DNA of 63,612 nucleotides, the filler included, from Bonamia ostreae (taxonomy: Eukaryota): NCBI GenBank assembly GCA_040357525.1. It is 52 parts of 52 records of this genome, joined end to end, with 100 filler letters (N's around TTAATTAATTAA, not from the genome) between each part and the next. Parts side by side here need not be neighbours in the genome. Positions count along the whole stretch, not along the records: positions 24,572 to 25,698 come from JBDODL010002614.1; positions 25,799 to 26,924 come from JBDODL010002615.1; positions 27,025 to 28,150 come from JBDODL010002616.1; positions 28,251 to 29,376 come from JBDODL010002617.1; positions 29,477 to 30,602 come from JBDODL010002618.1; positions 30,703 to 31,828 come from JBDODL010002619.1; positions 31,929 to 33,053 come from JBDODL010002620.1; positions 33,154 to 34,278 come from JBDODL010002621.1; 44 more parts are not named here. One strand, written 5' to 3'. The position numbers and the translations under genes are program-made. Shown piece by piece: positions 24,572 through 36,410 of the stretch (positions within the stretch are counted from its first letter, which is position 1; each line of letters starts with the position of its first letter). The notes under the pieces are model-generated. The model saw only the letters and a list, made by a program, of their open reading frames with translations, had not been told where the DNA came from and made no database searches.

Positions 24572-25592
24572 AAAATCTACTTCATTTTCGTGATTATTAA
24601 TGATATTTTGATCATTGTCGAAAATTTTATTTCCTGGCGTTGCGGAAATATCTGTTTCAATCAAATTTTTGTTATTATCAAAATCTATCCTTTTTTTAAT
24701 TTCCAAATTGGTTTCGTGATCCTTTTCCAAATTTAAAGTTTCGTTCCTCAAAATATCAATGTTGGTTTTGTTAATATTATCTTTTATTTTTCCATTGTTA
24801 CCAATTTCAATTTTTTCCCATTTTCCATTATCGCACACAAATTTTTCTTCTTTAATGATCGACCTAAAACTACAAACCGTCCCGTTTCGAACCTGTTCGG
24901 AAACGCAATTTTTCGGAATTATTGACAAATCTTTCTCATTTATCGTTTTGTTGGTAACATTGAAACAATTTAACCTTTTGTAAACAAAATTCAAAGTCAA
25001 AAAAAGCGGCATTTTCTTTGTGGAATCGTAGCGATAAAGTTTGTTTTGGCAGACCAACTTTACTGTGTTTTTGCCATTGAACCCAAAATTCCCGTTTTTG
25101 CATTTTATTATTACCTCGTGGCCCAAAAGTACATCGTCCTCGCCACTGTTACCACTTATGACCAAAAACTGATCGTTATCTTCTATCGTCTCGCAACCGC
25201 CTTTAACGACAGAAAAATTACAGATTAGAAAAGTCGAATGCAAAACTTGTTTTGAACATGTAACCCAATTTGTTAACACTGGTTATAACGGCGTATGAAG
25301 AAAAGGCAGCCAACGAACATCCAGATTTATCAACCATCCGAATACACAAAGCAAAAATATCATCGCATTCGCTGTAGCTATATGACGAATAATCGTAGCA
25401 GAAATCATGGTCATAACAACAATGGTTCAATTCCACAAAAGTCTGACTTTGGCAGCCGAGCCAAACTCGGTGCGACAAAAAATAGGAAATCGGTTCTGCG
25501 CCGCAACTCCAACCGTTATTTGCTGCCCACTTTTCGCGTAACAGTTGGTTTGCAGAAACAAGGGATAAAAGTGAAATAATAAATGTGCACAT
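24572..25592 (-). CDS. Secreted phospholipase A2-like domain fused to sushi/CCP-like Cys domains, partial
   Basis: Signal-like MCTFIISLLSLVSA; SCGA..LNHCCYDHDFCY..CDDIFALC PLA2 His-Asp motif; 64-nt phase-1 intron 25201-25264 joins to GCE..GHEVIIKCKNG..G...LVCQN and C..NGTVCSF..FVCDNGKW. Confidence 0.72.
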
Positions 25593-26197
25593 TTTTAAAA
25601 TAAATGTTATTTTTGTAATTTTAGTTTTTGTTCAAATGTTTTTTAATCACTTTCCAATTCATCTTTTGTGGTCATGTCGATGCTTATTTTTCGAAGATNN
25701 NNNNNNNNNNNNNNNNNNNNNNNNNNNNNNNNNNNNNNNNNNTTAATTAATTAANNNNNNNNNNNNNNNNNNNNNNNNNNNNNNNNNNNNNNNNNNNNTG
25801 AAATGTATATGTTTCTTGTTTCATCAGGTCATGAAGGTAGCAATCACAAGTCGTGATTCCCAGCCATATCTTACTTATTTTACTTAATAATATTTTACTT
25901 AAACTGAACTCAAAATTCAGCTAGCGAGAGTATAACGTTATTGTTTTACGAGTGTTTACATGGAAACGAAGTTGCACTTAGACATATAACACCACTACAC
26001 TTACTGCTACCCTCATTGTGTTGTTCATAAACACAAAGCAACTATCAGATTATACATCACAATTCAAACCATTTCATACACCACAGACTCGTTCTATTAG
26101 TACTTTTCATTCTTCGAAGATTAAATTGCTACAATTAATGCAAAAGGTAATTATTTTGTACTGTTGAAAAATACACATTGAAGATGATGACAATTAC

Positions 26198-26466
26198 CTT
26201 AATTATCGGGTTTGGTAGGTAAATGTCGGCATATCTATATCCTTGTAAGCTTGTCGGGCTGTTTTGAACGTCTGTTTGTAGGGAACTCATTGAAGTATAT
26301 GTGTCATTCCGGATTACCTTTCCATCCTCAGAAGTACATTTCAGTCTTATTTCATTACTCGAGTGCACACGATAAATTTTGTCCGTTGAAGGGATATTAG
26401 AAGTTTTAAAAAGTTTCACATTGGTCAGTTTGTTAATTAATGACGATTTCCCAGCACTCGTCTCTC
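26198..26466 (-). CDS. Exon of a dynamin-like P-loop GTPase (host-like)
   Basis: AG/GT-bounded exon reading GETSAGKSSLINKL..PST...ADIYLPNPIIK (G1, G2 and pre-G3 segment). Confidence 0.8.
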
Positions 26467-28310
26467 CTATAATGCAAAACAGTCAAAGGAAGGATGATAT
26501 CAAACTCATAAATCCCATCAAAAGTTTTTTATAAGTGACGGGGGTACAGAGTTGAAAAATGGAAGAAACATTAAAACATGTGAATCGATAAATATAATGT
26601 GGATCTGCTTATGCATTTACGAGTAGGAAATTCGTGATAATGACACGGTTGGTAATCAAATTCACAAACGTGTAGGTACATGCAATTGTGAAACTGCGTT
26701 ATAAATCATGATATTGATTTATCTTGGAATCAAAGGAGTTTCATCTTTGCCAAGTATGTATTGAGCGTTGGTCAGCTCTTTTAGTCTTTAAATTTCTTAT
26801 AAATTTCTGAAACAATAGGACTTCCTCCTTTTTCAATAATGACGCCAGTAGTCTGATAAAAACAATTAAAACGATATGGTCATGGAGAATACGAAAATTA
26901 TTCACAATGAAAGGTGGAGATAACNNNNNNNNNNNNNNNNNNNNNNNNNNNNNNNNNNNNNNNNNNNNTTAATTAATTAANNNNNNNNNNNNNNNNNNNN
27001 NNNNNNNNNNNNNNNNNNNNNNNNGTTGAATATCGTGTTAAACATCCGTTGGTATGATACCCACCTCTAATAGCAAAGGGTGTCATTTTTTTTGTTATTG
27101 GCATTATGTGCACATTAATTTCAATATTGATTAACTTTCAGAATATGTTGTGTTTGTTTAGAAAATTCAAGCTAATAAAGGTATTAGCATATAAACATCT
27201 TCCATGGCTTAAGTGAAGTCGTTTATTTGGGAATGACTGTGATATGACAACTCTAAGGGAAACACATATTTTTGAAATATAAGGGAAGTCAGTGTTTAAT
27301 CTTTATGAATGCTTTTGCAATCCTCGAGGTTGTAGCAAAGGACCAGTTAAATTTGACAAAAATTTTCTGGCTGAAATTTGGAATTTCCAATACCGTAACC
27401 GCATTCTACTAAAATGTTATACTGATAGCATTGCCATTTGTATCGTACACTAATGATATATTTCATGAACTTGGTCCGTCTCAAGTTTGTACCAATGAAA
27501 TTCATGAACTTTCATTTATTTTGCCTCACCTTAGTATGAAATAAATGGTAATGAGCCCTAATAATGCTTCACGAAATGAAAGTAAATATAACATTTTTGT
27601 ATTCAGTGAATAAAAATGCTATTCTAAAACAAAAAACACAACGAAATGCATCCAAAACCAAATGAAATCTTTAAAACATCTTAATCTTCAACGATGAATA
27701 AGTGCATATAAAGGGGGGTAATTTTCTCACTGTATAATAAACAAGATGTCTCCTGTTAATTTCTTAACATTTTTTAGAACACTCACTTGATGTTTGATAA
27801 ATGCAATTCAATATACAATTGTTCTAAATGATTATATGAAATAAGTGAAAATTACTCTTTTCAACTTACCGTTTACTCCAATGTGTAATTCAACAAATGT
27901 TTAAAGCAATCCTAATGAAGATCGGAGGTGTAGAAGACGCTCTATGCACAACCTTTTCAAACTCATTGGAGTGTTTATAGTTACGAACGGCACTGCGAAA
28001 AAATGCATTAAAATATTTCTTTAACCGCAGGTGTTTAAAAGACTACCTCAATGCAATTTAAAGTAATTGGATACACTTGTATGAACGTTCGAGTGATCTG
28101 GTTGAAGACAATAAGCATGGCATGGCTTCCTCTTATGTAGGCATTCTGGGNNNNNNNNNNNNNNNNNNNNNNNNNNNNNNNNNNNNNNNNNNNNTTAATT
28201 AATTAANNNNNNNNNNNNNNNNNNNNNNNNNNNNNNNNNNNNNNNNNNNNAAATTTTAAAAAAAAATTAAAAAAACATCTAAATATACCAAAATAAACTA
28301 AAATAATTGT

Positions 28311-29376
28311 ATGGTCGATCAAACTGAACAAACAAATCCAACAAAATCACCAGAAGACGAACGGCAATACAGAATCGCCGTCTTAAAAAACGGGATCAAA
28401 GCAGTTCTGGTTTCGGACCCCGAAACCGAAAAGGGAGCGGTTTGTATGCGCGTTGGCATCGGCAGTTTTAGCGACCCGGTCGATCTGCCCGGGACAGCCC
28501 ATTTTTTAGGTTTCGTAAACGATGATTTGGTAAAACAGAGCACATGTTGTTTCTGGGCACGCAAAAGTTCCCGAAAGAAGACTTTTTCGAAAACTTTCTG
28601 CAGGAAAATGGCGGGATGTCAAATGCGATGACCGACAACGAGGACACAAAATATTTTTATGACGTCCATCACACCGGGTTATTGCCTTCGCTCGAAAAGT
28701 TCGCAAGTTTTTTCACTTGTCCGCTTTTGCGCCGTGAATCGTCTAAAAGAGAGATAAACGCAATTCAATCAGAATTCGAAATGGATTTGCCGCACGATTC
28801 ATGGCGCTTCCATCAATTGGCCGCGCACATTTCTGATCCGAAAACTGTTCTCAATCGATTCTCAATCGGTATTTTGCCATTTTTGATCGCCAATTTTGGA
28901 AATTCTCACAACTAAATAATGCGATTTTTAATAAATTTTATTAAGGAAATCTGAAAACATTGGTCGACGAACCTCTAAAAAAAGGAATTGACGTCTTCGA
29001 AGAACTTAAAATTTTTTACAACAAATTCTATTCTTCTCATTTAATGACATTAGCCGTTATCGGCCGAGAAAACCTCGACGTTCTCGAAAATTCGATTCGG
29101 TCCCATTTTTCAGATATAAAGAAAAGGAGCTTTTCCGTTCAAAAAAACAATCTTTTTCCGGTCGACATAAAATATTTGGCCAAATTTGTAAATTTTGAGT
29201 CGGTCAAAAAAGCTGAAAATTTGTTTTTGAAATGGCCGCATCCGCCTTATTTAAAAGATTATAAGACAAAATCTTTTTATCTTGTTTCGCATTTGATTGG
29301 TCATGAAACCAAAGGAAGTTTGTTTTATGAGTTGTGCGACAAAAAATTAGCCAATCGACTTTATTGTGGTCCTTAC
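28311..29376 (+). CDS. IDE: Insulysin-like M16A metallopeptidase, 5' part
   Basis: KSPEDERQYR..LKNG, GSFSDP.DLPGTAHFLEHMLFLGT (29-nt intron 28510-28538 splits the catalytic Glu codon), REINAIQSE, RFSIG|NLKTL (77-nt intron 28869-28945), SHLIGHETKGSL. Confidence 0.95.
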
Positions 29377-29650
29377 NNNNNNNNNNNNNNNNNNNNNNNN
29401 NNNNNNNNNNNNNNNNNNNNTTAATTAATTAANNNNNNNNNNNNNNNNNNNNNNNNNNNNNNNNNNNNNNNNNNNNACCACAACACGATTAAATGGTCTC
29501 TTCTATTTTTGAAAAGACAACAAATTGACCATTTTAACATTTCAAGTTTTCACAATATTTGCATTTCTAATTTTCCTGATTTGCGTTCTAAGATAGATAA
29601 TAAATATCATGATTTCAGCGCAAATTTAATTTTCAAATTTTATTTTGCAG

Positions 29651-30422
29651 TTCTACTATTGGACAAATTTCGAAGAAAGAACTTTTTTCAAAGAAAACTA
29701 CGAGTCACTCATATTTACCGGATTAATCGAAAAATATCACGGTAACAATAACTCTCTTTATGACAGTGTATTAAATATAGGTTTTCAGATTTCACACCAG
29801 AACTAACAGAGTCTGCAAAGGAATTGTTGATTTGGAAGTTCATTAATGATAAATACAAATTCACTTTCATATTAATCAGAGGAACATATCACCCAGGGTA
29901 CCATTTTAAGACTCTAACAACGTGAAGGTTATTGTCTTTTTGCATTTCAATGAAAATGGCATTGTGAAGATTCTGTTATTATAAGAGTGAACATGTTAAA
30001 TGAAATAAATGTTGAAAATGCTGGCTTCCTATTCGAAGAGGAAATACAATACAGTAGAAATCAGTTGTTGATATAATAAATATGTATATATGATTTTGCT
30101 ATAATGAATAATCAATAATAATTAATATTATTAGTAGAATGGTAATGAAGCATTTGACCTTTTAGGATTGAGACATTTATTTATCTTTTCCTTATCCTTT
30201 ATTGATGCAGTATTGTTTAGACTGTTTGATGGATTTTCAGCAACACTCATCTATTCTGTGTAAAAGATTTACGTATTTACCCATAACAGAAGACTTTTAC
30301 ATATAAATTCAAAACGAAAGGAAATAGCTTACAACCTGAACAATGCATTTCTTTTTGAATATTTATTTTGCAGTTCTAAGATGGGTTGATGAACCGTGTC
30401 ACGATCGGATGCTTTTCATAAA
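29651..30422 (+). CDS. Possible short host exons of unknown protein
   Basis: AG/GT-bounded open segments near 29651-29741 (FYYWTNFEER..), 29790-29897 (DFTPELTESAK..) and 30374-30423; family not recognised, last phase uncertain. Confidence 0.35.
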
Positions 30423-31500
30423 GGTAGAGTCGTTACGTATATTTTGTTCAGAGTAATATTGACCCTGACAGGTGCTTCTATAACTCTAAAAGTAACACTA
30501 CTCTGCCATACCTCTCCCAACCTTTTGTAGAGTGTTTCATAATATGCTTGGAATTCACATGACGGATATCATTATCGAAGACAAAATATAATATACACTT
30601 GGNNNNNNNNNNNNNNNNNNNNNNNNNNNNNNNNNNNNNNNNNNNNTTAATTAATTAANNNNNNNNNNNNNNNNNNNNNNNNNNNNNNNNNNNNNNNNNN
30701 NNCAATTTTCATCCATGAAGTTTCTGAAAATGCCTCCAAAGGTATTTCATCATTGTTACCTGTATCGATTCCTTAAAGTTGTCCGATATCAGTAAATTAT
30801 TGCTTCTTTATTTTCAGTCAACAACATATGTACTACTTTACTAAATCAATTGTTACCTCACAATCAAATGTACACTTAATAAGATGTTGAGTCGTAGGAA
30901 TTGCGTACCCGAAAACGAAGACGCAAGCAAGCGTGCGACCTACGTTAAGTTTTAAGTTCGTGTTCGTTTCATCGAACGAAGCTCATGTCACGAAGAGATG
31001 CGACGAGCTCGATCCAACTACTGCACATATGAGTCACGTAATGTGTTCTTCATCACTTGAAAAATGATGGAGTATCTAAAGTGCTCTGAGAAAACGTCGC
31101 GGTAACTGCGGAATTATCGTGTTTTACTCACCTATAATTCATTAGGCACATCCCGTGAATTATGCAAGTTTCTAATGCTTTGAAAATAGATCGATTCACA
31201 GACGGAGTATTGTAAGAATTATTGATGTCCTGCTTCCGATATAAAGTCATTCGAAATAGACGAAGTTGCGATACATCAATTCTCGCTGAGTCATCCCCGA
31301 ATACACACAGACTTACCAGAAGCATCATAAAAATGAATCGACTTCACCAGTAAAATGACATTATAATTACACTTATCATTTGATTTTTATCTCAATATAC
31401 TTATTCATTTGTTGTTATTCTGTTTTTTTCGTTACTGACGGAAACATGTCACCCACCGTCTTCTGCCAACTACTTGGACAAGTGAACTGTCATTTGTATG

Positions 31501-31742
31501 TTCAGCCGTAGTTACAGAAGGCTGGAAGTCTCAAATAAGGTGTAGCATATATCGATTACTAGACATTTTTTACGTTTTATCGCTTTTGATGAAAGACCAA
31601 AAAAACAGTGAATCCAAAATAAGACTTCACAATACACTGTTTATATAAAGTGCTTCAAATTGCCCGTGGTGAACTGAAGGCAGATTTCAATAGTATGCTA
31701 CATCTTATTTGATACTTCCAGCCTTCTGTAACTACAGCTGAA
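31501..31742. mobile_element. MITE-like element with 49-bp inverted repeats
   Basis: 31501-31549 and 31694-31742 are reverse complements with 3 mismatches; non-coding interior; TSD not resolved. Confidence 0.7.
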
Positions 31743-33651
31743 GATACGCCTACACTGTCCACATATATTTCTACTATATCATCCAAACGTGTTAATTACA
31801 AACGAACTTTACAGTGCATAGACATAGANNNNNNNNNNNNNNNNNNNNNNNNNNNNNNNNNNNNNNNNNNNNTTAATTAATTAANNNNNNNNNNNNNNNN
31901 NNNNNNNNNNNNNNNNNNNNNNNNNNNNTGGTGACAAATCTAAAGGAAGGAGATGTGGTATAAGTATATAAATGTGTTTTAGAAGCTTTAGCAAGCCTCA
32001 TTGGTTTTTCCGGTGACTGGCATTTGGTTATTATCAAGACTCAGTAAATTGTCCAGGGATAGGTTTATGCCGTGTTTCAATGCACTTTATTTCTCGATAA
32101 AACATCGATATTTTTTTTCTCTTGTCATATACCCCTTTTTAATGGCTATGTTCTTTGCATTATGATGAACATATGAGCAATGAAAAATATAATTACCTGC
32201 TACCTCCGCAACACAAGCATTCTCGAAACTTTCATCTCCTCTGAATCTTGAGATTAACATGCTTCATAGCATCAATGATAACATAGCTTGCGAAAACAAC
32301 TGTTATGGACACAGAGGAGGATACCATCTAAGCCAACGGCCCGTGTGCGATCATTTGAGTTTGCATGCTCAAAAGTCAATTTTCACTGCTGCTTTCATCA
32401 AGATGGTGATGGCTCCAAATATTTGACTACGCCCTTCTACATAATGTAAAATACACCAACATGGATAGAACGCTCAAACACCTAGTCTCACAGAGTCTAA
32501 CTAGTTTTCTTCGGAAAAATTATACAAACTAATCATGCCAATGACAGTCTTAATGTACTATTTCCTTTTAAGAGAAGTGCCAAAATCATACATTAAATTA
32601 AGGACATATATCATGTCCCTCACATACGATAATTGGCATGCTAAATGTTCAGATTCAATACACGACTCTGACAGTGAGTGTGAAACTTTTTACCTGTAAT
32701 GTGATTCGCTAGGGTTTGGGTCACCCCATTGTGGTTGTGTTTTTCTTGGTATATATCCTGTCTCGCCAGGTTTTACCAACATATATAGGATTGCCAGGAA
32801 ATTACCATTAACTGCGGAAGTATTTAAATGTCATCATATTTGTGTCGATTTGGAGACGAATATTTTGTTTTCAACAGTGAAGGACCAAACCGACATGTAC
32901 TATATCTTGAAGCAACTGTATGTTCCAATGATACGACGCCTGATTTTGTTGATTGTGTTTATATGGAAGATACGAAAATAGCACTTCGGATATTAATTTG
33001 GTAGTGTGGTAAACATATTCTGCATTCTTTTGATGTCCTGTTGATTGATTGATNNNNNNNNNNNNNNNNNNNNNNNNNNNNNNNNNNNNNNNNNNNNTTA
33101 ATTAATTAANNNNNNNNNNNNNNNNNNNNNNNNNNNNNNNNNNNNNNNNNNNNTAATAAAGTTGTAAATAAAATTAAAAATACAAATCCTCTTTATTGAA
33201 AAAATCAAAAAACTAAAATCTACATAAATAGTTACATTATTAAACGTAAAAGAAGTCGTTCCAAGAAAAAACCTTTTGGTATTTAAAAATAATTTTTTTT
33301 GTTCTTTTTTTATGTCCATTCTAAATAAGATTAATCGATAATTTATAACAACTTTCTATAAATATAATATAGAAATGGTTAAAATGATAAAACGACACAT
33401 CTTCAAAAATAGAAAATGGATTTGAAATATTTAAATATTAAAACGACACATTTTTCAAAAAAAAATCGAAATGGATGAAATTTGAGATATTTAAATCTTT
33501 ATCGACTAAAAATAAGATTAACTTTATCTAAGCTTATACGAAAACTTATCATATAATAAACAAATGCGAAAGCTTTAAATTTTGCTAAACTTTGATCTAA
33601 AACCTGTTTCATAATCTTTTACTATATAACAAAAACAACAAAATTTAGACA

Positions 33652-34278
33652 ATGTTCCGAAAATTATTCTCACGAAAAAACATTTCTCCGTCTATTCTGC
33701 AATCCCTAAAAGCAGCGCAAAAAAGGAGAGCGTCGTTTCTAAACAAAACTGAAACGCTCTCAAAAGGCGAAAAAATTTTCTACACCGGAATGGGCACCGC
33801 CGCCACCTTCGGCATTCTCAGCGTAGTTTCAAACGGCCTCTCTTCGTCTTCCGCCCATCTCGGCGCCTTCTCGAACGAAACGCGCCGCCGTCTTCAATCT
33901 GGCTACGGCCACGTCATCGGCGGAATTGCCTTAACCGCCTCAAGCGCTTTTTACTTGTTCCGTAATGGCTTCGCCGCCAAAATGGCTCGCGTCAATCCTC
34001 TAATGCTCTTCGGCGTCAGTTTCCTTGCAGTGATCGGTACTTCGATCGCAACTCAAATGACGGATTACCATAAAAATCCTTCGCTCAAGTACGCCTTCTG
34101 GAGCCTGTTCAACATCTCCATCGCCGCGACGCTGTGTCCGATGGGCGTCTTCGGAGGTGAGATCTTGTTTAAGAGCGCCATCGCCACCGCCGCCATCGTC
34201 ACGTCGATGTCAGCCATCGCCGCTTCTGCGCCTTCGGACGCGTTTCTTAATTGGGGAACCGGTCTCGGAATCGGTTTG
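33652..34278 (+). CDS. GHITM: GHITM/MICS1 (TMBIM5, Bax inhibitor-1 family) mitochondrial inner-membrane protein, partial
   Basis: Basic presequence MFRKLFSRK; RRRLQSGYGH..LTASSA, LCPM...GG.IL..A..TA.IV..MS.IA.SAPSDAFLNWG.GLGIGL. Confidence 0.9.
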
Positions 34279-34378
34279 NNNNNNNNNNNNNNNNNNNNNN
34301 NNNNNNNNNNNNNNNNNNNNNNTTAATTAATTAANNNNNNNNNNNNNNNNNNNNNNNNNNNNNNNNNNNNNNNNNNNN

Positions 34379-35192
34379 CACTTTTCTCAAAATTGTAGAT
34401 CGAATTTCCAGTAACAATTTCGCCATTTATCTCCGAAATATCGTTTTTACTCAAATTCTCGTTCTCCGACTTTTCACTGCTTTTCAAAAGCTCCGCAATT
34501 TTCTCTGTTGAAATTTTCAGATTTTGCAGATTCGCCGATTCGGGAGTGCTGAAATTTAGACTTTCCTTTCTTTTCTTTGGCGTGTTTTTGCCCAGTCGAA
34601 TCGATTTTAAATCGATTTGACCTGTTATGCTCGATCTTCCCGTCGATTCGTCATTTTGTTGAACATTTCTATTTTTTCAAAATTTTTAAGTTTAATTTTT
34701 TGACGTTCCAGTTATTTCCAAAGTGCTGTTATCGTCTTCACTAATATTATCTTCGTAATTCGCAAAGAAGCGGTTGAGAAAACTTGTCGGCGTTGATTTT
34801 AACGATTTATCGTCGATTTCAGTTTCTTTTGAAATCGCTAAATTTTTGTAATTTGAAACATGTCGAAACGGATTGTTCAAAATTTTCATTTTCAAAATTT
34901 TCTTTTTCGGTCAGTTCGTCGTTTAACGGAACATATTCTCTTTTAAACGACAGAGCTGATTTTTAAATTTTTTTAGAAAAAAAATTTACAAAAATTTTAT
35001 AAAATTGAGGACATGAAGTTTCGTTTATTTTTTTGTCGTTATTTGAATATGTGATTAGTTGATTTGAAGTACCGAAACTGACTCTTCGGCGCTTTTCTTG
35101 TTTTCCGTTATTCGATTTCTTGCGATAAGAAATGTTTTTACCTTCAAAATAGACAATCTTCTTTTTGTTTGTGAGCTTTCTTCTTTCGTCAT
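34379..35192 (-). CDS. KNL1: Probable KNL1/Spc105 kinetochore scaffold N-terminus, partial, 5 exons
   Basis: Introns 35119-35141 (23), 34956-35012 (57), 34838-34859 (22), 34669-34704 (36); product MTKEESSQTKRRLSILK|KSNNGKQEKRRRVSFG.. then acidic disordered region with DDNSTLEITG. Confidence 0.7.
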
Positions 35193-35969
35193 TTTGTTTT
35201 AAAGCTTTGCAGATATTTTTATTTTAATGATTTGTGTATAATAAATTTAGGAAGTTTTAGCATTTTTTTATAACTTTATGGTTGCTTTGTTTTAGCGATC
35301 ATTTATTTTTGATATTATTTAGCTTTGAAGCTTGATCAGATTTTTTGTTTAAAAATATAAAAATGGTTTAAAATGTAAAAAATAGGTTACAGCAGCAAAA
35401 TTATCAACTCTCATTACTAACTTGATTCGTACCATTCTCTTCCCCGTTCTCTTCGTTGTTTTGTGTTTCTTGAATTGCATTTTCGTTGTTCTTTACTTGA
35501 CTTNNNNNNNNNNNNNNNNNNNNNNNNNNNNNNNNNNNNNNNNNNNNTTAATTAATTAANNNNNNNNNNNNNNNNNNNNNNNNNNNNNNNNNNNNNNNNN
35601 NNNAACTTGTTAATGTACACCAAGATAGCTTAATAGAAAAGCACTCATGAAAACATGAGGGATTTGGGTTCAAGTCTGTCTGAGTAAATCATAAGTCCAT
35701 CATCTGTAAATAATTATTTTAGTGATTGATTGGTTAATTAAAGTGGAATATTTACATATACTAGATATTGGCTGTTACAGAAATAACAACATGAATTTGA
35801 AACTCAAAATAGAAAATAAATCCGCATATAATTTTTTAGAGTGTGTAACAACATCCTCAAAGGGTACTTGAGAAAGGGGGCATATTAACAGAGTAACAAA
35901 GAATAAACAATTGAATTTGAGTTCAGTTATGCTTTTAATTATGTTTTTCGATAAGCCGTAACTCCATGA

Positions 35970-36410
35970 TTAGAAATAATACATTCCCCAGTATTGCATC
36001 AGCTCCTCTGCATATTTTAAACTAGTACTGTGTCCCCTTTTCATTAACTCCATGTGTTTTCTGCTCACAGCTAGTTGGAGATTTGTTAGAGCAACTTCAT
36101 AAGATTTTTTCAGAATTGTATCTCCGGGATGTTGCTTCAAGAGTTTTCTATGTTTAACATACTGAGAAATGGTTGGATCATCAGACAGAAGAGTGGACAA
36201 TTTGTGTGCCATTGACTTTTTCACAAAATCTGCAAGGAGCAAAGTGTAGGTGTAATTAGCCATAAGTGTTAAATCAAGAATATAGAATTTGTTGAGCATT
36301 TCACTTCAGTGAGGTTTGATCACATGTCAGTACATACTGTCACTGCTTTTTTGTTTAGCGTCTGCTGGCATCTTCTCTACTTTATTATTGTTTCACTTAA
36401 TTTCCTGTAG
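35970..36410 (-). pseudogene. Uncharacterised, probably disrupted coding remnant (host-like)
   Basis: 109-codon ORF with protein-like composition; upstream extension has stops/frameshift. Confidence 0.3.

Noticed and set aside
27900-27993. SOCS/BC-box-like PMSLKRLCIERL exon on minus strand
   Set aside because: Too short and unsupported by other exons
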